From an uncultured bacterium (GTDB lineage: Bacteria > Cyanobacteriota > Vampirovibrionia > Gastranaerophilales > Gastranaerophilaceae): a DNA stretch of 44,469 nt. The stretch's first letter is position 1. Every line of letters begins with the position of its first letter. This document shows, piece after piece, positions 38,788 through 44,469 of the stretch. The translations under genes and the position numbers were made by a program. The stretch covers positions 1 to 44,469 of the forward strand of contig CADCPD010000065.1 of assembly GCA_902803265.1 (NCBI GenBank). Reading direction: 5' to 3'. Under the pieces are notes generated by a model. The model was not told the origin of the DNA and did no database searches. It saw nothing but the letters and a program-made list of their open reading frames with translations.

Positions 38788-39678
38788 ATGAAAAGATTAG
38801 CAATATTTGCACATTATGATAAAAAGAACGTGATTGATGATTACGTTCTTTTTTATGTCGAAAAACTTAAAAAATATTGTGAAACAGTATTATTTTTATC
38901 TCTTTCCGATTTACCGCAAGAGGAGCAAAATAAGCTTGATAATGTTATTTTGGTAAAACATAATGAATACGATTTCGGTTCTTATAAAAGAGGGTTTAAT
39001 TATGCTCTTGAAAAAGGTTTGTTAAATGATGTTGACGAACTTTTATTTGTAAATGACAGTGTTTATTGTATTGATGAGCTTTCTTCAATTTTTGAAAAAG
39101 ATTATAATACTAATTTTTGGGGAATTGTTGAAAATAAATATGGATTTAAAAAATACGGCAAATTCTGTATTTCAAAAAGACAACCTCATCTTCAAAGCTG
39201 GTTTGTCGCTTTTAAAAGAAATGTTTTTGAAGCAAAAGAGTTTAGAGATTTTATAAATTCTGTTAAAGAAGAGAAATCTAAAAATGATGTTATTTTAAAT
39301 TATGAATTAAAACTTACTAAATATCTTACAGATAAAGGTTTTAAGTATAACTCTTTTATAACAAAATATTCAAAATCTTATAATCCTTCTGTTTATTATT
39401 GGAAAGAACTAATTAAAGACGGCTGTCCTTTTGTTAAACGTTCGGTTTTACTTGGTTTGAACAGAGATAAAACAACTATTGTTAATTATGAAAAAGAAAT
39501 AAAAAACGAAAAAGCTCTTCAATATATTAGAAATAACACCAAAAATGTAAAAATAAAGACTTTTACGCCATTATTTATCAAACGAGGTCTGTTTAATGTT
39601 TTAAGAATATGTCCGGATATTTTACGCAGAATTTTAACAAAAATCTTACGAACATTTTTTATATTTTTATTTGATTAA
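38788..39678 (+). CDS. Rhamnan synthesis protein F (RgpF)-like glycosyltransferase
   Basis: N-terminal LAIFAHYDKKNVIDDYVLFYV and FVNDSVY motifs are characteristic of the Rhamnan_synth_F family. Called by eye. Confidence 0.6.
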   Translation: MKRLAIFAHYDKKNVIDDYVLFYVEKLKKYCETVLFLSLSDLPQEEQNKLDNVILVKHNEYDFGSYKRGFNYALEKGLLNDVDELLFVNDSVYCIDELSSIFEKDYNTNFWGIVENKYGFKKYGKFCISKRQPHLQSWFVAFKRNVFEAKEFRDFINSVKEEKSKNDVILNYELKLTKYLTDKGFKYNSFITKYSKSYNPSVYYWKELIKDGCPFVKRSVLLGLNRDKTTIVNYEKEIKNEKALQYIRNNTKNVKIKTFTPLFIKRGLFNVLRICPDILRRILTKILRTFFIFLFD

Positions 39679-39686
39679 AGCTAATT

Positions 39687-40556
39687 TTAATTGTCAAAAA
39701 GAGGTGATTTACGCTTTTTTATATGTAAAATATCTTTGATTTTTCTTATTATCACTACGTAATAGAATTTTAATCTGTTTAAAAACATTATAAAAATTGA
39801 AAATATTAAAAACGGTAAAAAAGTTATATTTAATTTATTTGTTTTATAAACATCTAAATAGGCCTCAATATTGGCGAGTTTGAAAGAGGGCTGTTTCTTT
39901 CTTAAAATATAGCTTTGTCTGTGCTGACGCCATTTAGTAAGTTTTTCTTTTATATAAAAAGCCTTTGTATGATATGATATATGAATATAAATCCACCAGT
40001 CTAAAAGAGCATCAATCGGCGTATTGAAGTTAAGATTTTCAAAATATTCCCTTTTAATCATAACGGAAGAAAATGTCATAATAAGATTATGAACGTTAAT
40101 ATTGTAGAAAATATTTTTAGGGAATTTTAACTTATTTAAGATTTTTCTTGTTCTTGTAAAGTTGTTCTTTACAGCTTTCAGCCATCCTTCGTCACCAAAT
40201 TCTTCAACATCGTTAAAAATTATTCCAACGTCAGAATATTTTTCTGCATATTTTAATCTTATTTCCAAAGTATCAGGAACCCATAAATCATCACTTTCCA
40301 AAAAAGCAATCCATTCTCCTTGGGCGGATTGCAGCGCTTTTTGAATAGAATATTTTAATCCGTAATTTTTATCATTTTGAATAAATTTTATACGCTCATC
40401 ACTAAAATTTTTAATAATTTCAGCAGAATTATCAGTAGAACAGTCATCAATAATTATCAGTTCAAAATCTCTAAAAGTTTGATTTAAAACAGATTCTACA
40501 GCGTCTTTTATGTAATGTTCATAATTATAACTTGTAATTATAACCGAAATTTTCAT
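39687..40556 (-). CDS. Family 2 glycosyltransferase with C-terminal TM segment
   Basis: ISVIITSYNYEHYI, IIIDDCSTD and LESDD (DxD) motifs. C-terminal hydrophobic stretch: FLPFLIFSIFIMFL. Confidence 0.85.
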   Translation of the reverse strand: MKISVIITSYNYEHYIKDAVESVLNQTFRDFELIIIDDCSTDNSAEIIKNFSDERIKFIQNDKNYGLKYSIQKALQSAQGEWIAFLESDDLWVPDTLEIRLKYAEKYSDVGIIFNDVEEFGDEGWLKAVKNNFTRTRKILNKLKFPKNIFYNINVHNLIMTFSSVMIKREYFENLNFNTPIDALLDWWIYIHISYHTKAFYIKEKLTKWRQHRQSYILRKKQPSFKLANIEAYLDVYKTNKLNITFLPFLIFSIFIMFLNRLKFYYVVIIRKIKDILHIKKRKSPLFDN

Positions 40557-40708
40557 ATGTTAATTGTATCAAATAATAGAAATAATGCTCATTTTAAACT
40601 TTTTGTAATAAAACTTAACATGATAAAACATGCTTCTAAAGTTTTTCAAAAATAAACCGATAAATAGTATGTAAGGAAGATAACTAATCAAGAAAAGGGA
40701 TAAGTGCT

Positions 40709-40864
40709 ATGTTAAGAAGAATTGAAAAACCAAGTTGCAATATAGAAAATAGTGTTGAATATATTTTGAGAGGAGCAAAAAAACGCCGTTCAATGGCAGC
40801 GGCAAGCGCAAAAATGCTATCAAATGAAGATGGCATAAGAACAATGTTGGTTGCAGTTCAATAG
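40709..40864 (+). CDS. Candidate 51-aa micro-ORF (MLRRIEKPSCNIENSVEYILRGAKKRRSMAAASAKMLSNEDGIRTMLVAVQ)
   Basis: The ATG is preceded by AAAAGGGA (8-nt spacing). The ORF contains a local GC spike (40784-40809, 18/26 G+C). A terminator follows at 40950-40980. It falls below the length cutoff of the ORF track and has no recognised family. Confidence 0.3.
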   Translation: MLRRIEKPSCNIENSVEYILRGAKKRRSMAAASAKMLSNEDGIRTMLVAVQ

Positions 40865-40949
40865 TGTAGAACGTGTGGAAAAATCGAGAAATCGATGGTG
40901 TGTAAAAAAGCAACCTAGTGTGAGATAAGACGATAGTTGAAAAAATTTA

Positions 40950-40980
40950 AAGCGGTCAATAATTTGACCGCTTTTCTTTT
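40950..40980. terminator. Bidirectional rho-independent terminator (AAGCGGTCAA-TAAT-TTGACCGCTT)
   Basis: 10-bp perfect stem with T-runs on both strands. It lies just downstream of the Spy-like gene (-) and the candidate micro-ORF (+). Confidence 0.8.
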
Positions 40981-40989
40981 TATAAATTA

Positions 40990-41511
40990 TTATTTTTCAA
41001 CCGTTTTTTTAGGCATTGGACAAGCTTTATTTTTTCTTGCTTTTTCCATTTGTTTTTTATGATCTTTTTTTATTTTTTCAAAAGTTTTCTTTTGCTTTGG
41101 AGTTAATTGAGATTCAAAGAAGTTCATATCTTCTTGTCTGATTTCATTTGCTTGTTTTCTCAATTCTCTCATTTCTTTTTTTATTGTAGTTATTTGTTCA
41201 ACTTTTTGATCATCAGTTAATTTTGTTGATGATTGAATAACTTTGATTTTTGTTCTGTTTTTGTCCATTTGTTCAAAAATCGGTTTCATTTTTTCACGGC
41301 TGGCATTACGATTTTCATCTAATTTAGCTTTTTGTTCATCTGTTAAATTTAATTTTGAAAAATCAGGTGGAGGTAATTTAGGACCATGCATTTGACCGCC
41401 ATGGCATGGAGGTTCTTTTGGTGGCATTCCGCCTTCATTAGCTTGAACTGTTGATGCTGTTACTGTTGATAAACCTAATATACATGCTAATAATAAACAA
41501 AGTTTTTTCAT
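40990..41511 (-). CDS. Periplasmic Spy/CpxP/ZraP-family (LTXXQ motif) protein
   Basis: Signal peptide MKKLCLLLACILGLSTVTASTVQA. Three LTXXQ motifs are present (LTDEQKAKL, LTDDQKVEQ, LTPKQKKTF) in a Lys-rich helical protein. Confidence 0.75.
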   Translation of the reverse strand: MKKLCLLLACILGLSTVTASTVQANEGGMPPKEPPCHGGQMHGPKLPPPDFSKLNLTDEQKAKLDENRNASREKMKPIFEQMDKNRTKIKVIQSSTKLTDDQKVEQITTIKKEMRELRKQANEIRQEDMNFFESQLTPKQKKTFEKIKKDHKKQMEKARKNKACPMPKKTVEK

Positions 41512-41513
41512 TT

Positions 41514-42008
41514 TTAATCTCCTAATAATTCTCTTAACTGTTCCATCAAAACTTTTCTTGCGTTGTAAAGTCTTGATTTAATTGTTCCTTCAGGAACATT
41601 TAGTTTTTGTGCTATTTGCTCGTAGCTGTTACCTTCAAATTCGTACAGGATTACAACCTGTTTTAATTTTTTCGGTAAATTATCTACGGCTTTAAGTATC
41701 AGTTTTTGACGCAATTTCTTATCCAGAATTTTTTCGGGATATTCAGAGCTCTTAACGTTTGAAATTACATCTTCGTCTGATATTTGGTTTGAGGAAGTTT
41801 TATAATCTTTTGATTTTAAAAAATCCTTACAAACATTTGAAGCTATTGTTGAAATCCATTGAGAGAACTTATTCTGTTCTTTGTAAGTATCCAGACGTCT
41901 CCAGATTCTTAAAAATATTTCTTGTTCTAAATCTTCGTTTGGAGTTCCGACAAATCGCTTTATTATTGATTGAATTTTATATTTATTTTGTTCTATTATG
42001 TTTTTCAA
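41514..42008 (-). CDS. ECF-type sigma-70 family RNA polymerase sigma factor
   Basis: Region 2: DLEQEIFLRIWRRLDTYKEQNKFSQWISTIASNVCKDFLK. Region 4: LPKKLKQVVILYEFEGNSYEQIAQKLNVPEGTIKSRLYNARK. The TTG start lies 1 nt after the upstream stop. Confidence 0.88.
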   Translation of the reverse strand: MKNIIEQNKYKIQSIIKRFVGTPNEDLEQEIFLRIWRRLDTYKEQNKFSQWISTIASNVCKDFLKSKDYKTSSNQISDEDVISNVKSSEYPEKILDKKLRQKLILKAVDNLPKKLKQVVILYEFEGNSYEQIAQKLNVPEGTIKSRLYNARKVLMEQLRELLGD

Positions 42009-42009
42009 G

Positions 42010-42258
42010 TTAATACACCTTTAACAAACCATAATCATCGGTTGGTAAGCCTTGATACTCAATAATTGATTCTTCGCTTAGGATATTTTCTGTTTGAATA
42101 TAGTTATTTATGGGAATAACCGGCAGAACAAAAAGAAAAACTCCTAAAATAATATTTGTTTGTAATCGTTTTTGCTTTCGTTCATGATAGAGAGGTTTTG
42201 CTTCTCTTATCAAATCAGAAATGTTTTCAAGTTCTTCAAAATTTTCTAAATTTTCCAT
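42010..42258 (-). CDS. Small single-pass membrane protein, candidate anti-sigma factor
   Basis: 82 aa with an acidic N-terminal ~35 aa, the TM helix IILGVFLFVLPVIPI and a short C-terminal tail. It is translationally coupled to the ECF sigma gene. It has an AAGAGG RBS. The function is inferred from context only. Confidence 0.4.
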   Translation of the reverse strand: MENLENFEELENISDLIREAKPLYHERKQKRLQTNIILGVFLFVLPVIPINNYIQTENILSEESIIEYQGLPTDDYGLLKVY

Positions 42259-42281
42259 TTTGTACCTCTTACATTTAGTAT

Positions 42282-42306
42282 AACGAGAAAAATTTTTAAA
42301 AGTTCA
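42282..42306 (-). promoter_or_regulatory. ECF-type promoter TGAAC-N16-CGTTA upstream of the small-TM/ECF sigma/Spy operon
   Basis: The minus strand reads aaaaTGAACttttaaaaatttttctCGTTAtac. GAAC is at 42305-42302 and CGTT at 42285-42282, with an exact 16-nt spacer. The element lies 23 nt upstream of the ATG at 42258. Confidence 0.6.
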
Positions 42307-42392
42307 TTTTTTTATGAAAATTTTTTATTATTTTGTAAAAACCCGACAATAGGGGAATTATAAAGTCATATTTTTCAAAAAATAATAAAATT

Positions 42393-43112
42393 ATGAAAAA
42401 ATTTTTAGTAATATTTTCCATAATTTTTTTGACAGCAAATATAATTTTTGCAAATGATAACTATAATCTTTATAAATACGATAATTACAAACCAAATTTA
42501 ACTAAAAACGAAAAAATATTATTTATAATGGATTATTCAAACAGTATGAACGAATTTTTAGGCGGTGAGCGAAAAATCAATCTTATGCGAGAAACAATGA
42601 GAGAAATCTTACCGGCTATAAATCCAAATATAGAAACAGGTTTGAGGGTTTACGGACACCGATTGGGCTTTACTGCATACGAGTGTTGCAAAGCCTCAAA
42701 ACTTGCCGTTCCCATACAAAATGACAACAACGAAAATATTTTAACCGTACTTGAAAATGCAAAAGCAAGAGGCATGACACCTATAACATATTCCCTTAAA
42801 AAAGCTGTTGCCAACGATTTTGAAAATTTTACAGGGAAAAAACATATCATTTTGCTTTCGGATGGTGGCGAAAACTGTGATGAAAGTCCCTGCGATTATG
42901 TTATGAAAGATTTGGCTAAACGTAAAGATTTTACAATAGACGTTATTGCGTTTAATGTAAACGATAGAGATGATATAAATCAATTAAAATGTGTATCAAC
43001 AGTAACAAGCGGAAGATTTTATACAGCTAATACAAAAGGTGAACTTGTTAACGCACTAAATAATACACTCCGCACAACAAAAGAAGTCGGCGGAGTGATT
43101 ATAAAAGAATAA
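42393..43112 (+). CDS. Secreted von Willebrand factor type A (VWA) domain protein
   Basis: Signal peptide MKKFLVIFSIIFLTANIIFA, MIDAS DxSxS (FIMDYSNSM), conserved T (GMTPI) and D (LLSDGGEN). 239 aa with several Cys pairs. Confidence 0.8.
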   Translation: MKKFLVIFSIIFLTANIIFANDNYNLYKYDNYKPNLTKNEKILFIMDYSNSMNEFLGGERKINLMRETMREILPAINPNIETGLRVYGHRLGFTAYECCKASKLAVPIQNDNNENILTVLENAKARGMTPITYSLKKAVANDFENFTGKKHIILLSDGGENCDESPCDYVMKDLAKRKDFTIDVIAFNVNDRDDINQLKCVSTVTSGRFYTANTKGELVNALNNTLRTTKEVGGVIIKE

Positions 43113-43127
43113 ATTATATTTTTTATT

Positions 43128-43925
43128 TTATGATTTAAACCATTCGCAAGACTCACGTTTGCAAAGTAAACTGTTTAAATCTCCCATTATTTTAGTTTTA
43201 GTCATTTCAAAAGTAACAGGTGTTATAGAGATGCGATTATTTCTGATAGCAGCGATATCTGTCATTGCATCAGCAGGAGCAGAAGTAATTTCCCCTGCCA
43301 TCCAGTAATAAACTTTTCCACGAGGATCAATACGTTTTTCATAAGCATCAGTAAACAATTTTCCACCTAATTCCGTAATCGCAATACCTGCAATATCCTC
43401 AGGTTCTACTCCCGGATAATTAACATTTAAAATAACTCTAGGAGGGAAATAAAAATCTTTTAAACGAGGTAACAAATCTGCTACAAATTTTGCGGTAGGT
43501 CTAAAAGCATCCATAGTTGTTAAATTACCGCAATATGAAGTAGCTATCGAAGGAATATTCATTAAAGCACCTTCTAATGCACAACTTACTGTACCTGAAT
43601 ATAAAATGTCAGTACCTAAATTTGGACCATGGTTTATACCTGAAATAACCATATCAGGTTTTTCGTTTTCGGCAAGAATTGCGTTGATACCAATTTTAAT
43701 ACAATCACCAGGAGTTCCTGATGTAGTCCATACTTTTTTTGCACCGTATTTTGGAGGGAGTTCATCAACCCTGATTGGCGTGTGCAAAGTTAAAGAATGA
43801 CCTGCAGCAGATCTTTCACCATTAGGAACTACAACATATACCTCATGCTGTATACTCAAAGCTTCTACAAGTGCATGAATACCGTTTGCTGTATATCCGT
43901 CATCATTAGATACTAATATTCTCAT
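43128..43925 (-). CDS. surE: 5'/3'-nucleotidase SurE
   Basis: N-terminal MRILVSNDDG signature, GINHGPNLG and YSGTV motifs. 265 aa. Confidence 0.94.
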   Translation of the reverse strand: MRILVSNDDGYTANGIHALVEALSIQHEVYVVVPNGERSAAGHSLTLHTPIRVDELPPKYGAKKVWTTSGTPGDCIKIGINAILAENEKPDMVISGINHGPNLGTDILYSGTVSCALEGALMNIPSIATSYCGNLTTMDAFRPTAKFVADLLPRLKDFYFPPRVILNVNYPGVEPEDIAGIAITELGGKLFTDAYEKRIDPRGKVYYWMAGEITSAPADAMTDIAAIRNNRISITPVTFEMTKTKIMGDLNSLLCKRESCEWFKS

Positions 43926-44323
43926 AAATCTCCTTTACTGTTTGAATAAAATGACTATTCCGTATTGTAAGTATATACAAATGTTTTCTATATATAATCA
44001 TCAATTTGTATGATAATTAATTGTAAATTTATGTAACAAAAAATATATATTTTTAGGTTTTTATGAAATTCAACGATAAAAAAATACTTTATATACATGC
44101 GAGGACATTATCAAGACCTACGGGCTTGAGGTAAGATTTTTTAAACACATAACAAAACACACACACTACACTACACACATTACGAGGAATTTAAAACAAT
44201 TTTAGAATTCCAAAAGGGTCAAAATTAAAAAAGACTCTTTTTTTTTGCCTAAAATTTTTCAAAAATTTTGTATTTATCTAATATCCAGTTAAAGGTAACT
44301 CTTAAACAAATTAATACTTAGGG

Positions 44324-44352
44324 TTGATTTTATATTTTTAGCGTTCCATAAT
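44324..44352 (+). promoter_or_regulatory. Candidate sigma-70 promoter TTGATT-17 nt-CATAAT for the tRNA gene
   Basis: -35 at 44324-44329, a 17-nt spacer and -10 at 44347-44352, about 40 nt upstream of the mature tRNA 5' end. Confidence 0.5.
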
Positions 44353-44392
44353 ATAACTGTCGAGGGAATTCCAACGACATAAAATTGAATAA

Positions 44393-44469
<77 letters not shown>

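Noticed and set aside
40707-40913. 68-aa minus-strand ORF in the GT2/Spy intergenic gap
   Set aside because: Its hydrophobic, low-complexity translation (Phe/Leu/His-rich) has no SD. The + strand 51-codon ORF, or an RNA, explains the GC spike better. Neither is proven.

Overview
This is a 44.5-kb, very AT-rich (about 30% GC by eye), densely coding bacterial chromosomal segment. Most of it is housekeeping. The operons are: nadA-rlmB-rpoD; a peptide-type ABC importer (SBP plus two permeases) followed by mgtC and a TPR gene; TPR-engB; pyrH-frr-cdsA-rnc-rpe; and HAD-DAACS symporter-ileS. Other housekeeping genes are surE, cobO, a Xer-type recombinase, and an initiator tRNA-fMet at the 3' edge. 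Envelope content points to a diderm, piliated organism: a PilM-PilN fusion plus a PilO-like gene, an SLH-domain protein, an Amidase_3 amidase, RgpF-like and GT2 glycosyltransferases, and an ECF sigma/Spy-like stress operon. A low-GC Melainabacteria-like or Negativicutes-like lineage is possible but cannot be established here. I saw no rRNA, CRISPR array, IS element or prophage. The most unusual locus is 12.16-17.5 kb. There, a MotA/ExbB-like plus MotB/OmpA-like ion-channel pair sits outside any flagellar, Tol or Ton context. It is divergently paired, across a 73-bp control region, with a 1130-aa protein carrying three N-terminal zinc ribbons, a degenerate cyclase-like domain, a Walker-A-less STAND-like domain and a helical-repeat domain. 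A stand-alone LuxR-type HTH gene abuts that protein's 3' end. Secondary curiosities are: an orphan 198-aa gene bracketed by two near-identical terminator hairpins, with a (CATAT)4 tract in its leader; an autoregulated-looking ECF operon with an atypical gene order; two roughly 0.5-kb non-coding AT-rich gaps; a GC-spiked candidate micro-ORF; and six convergent gene ends with almost no spacer. All functional calls come from by-eye motif recognition on the supplied translations. No searches were run.
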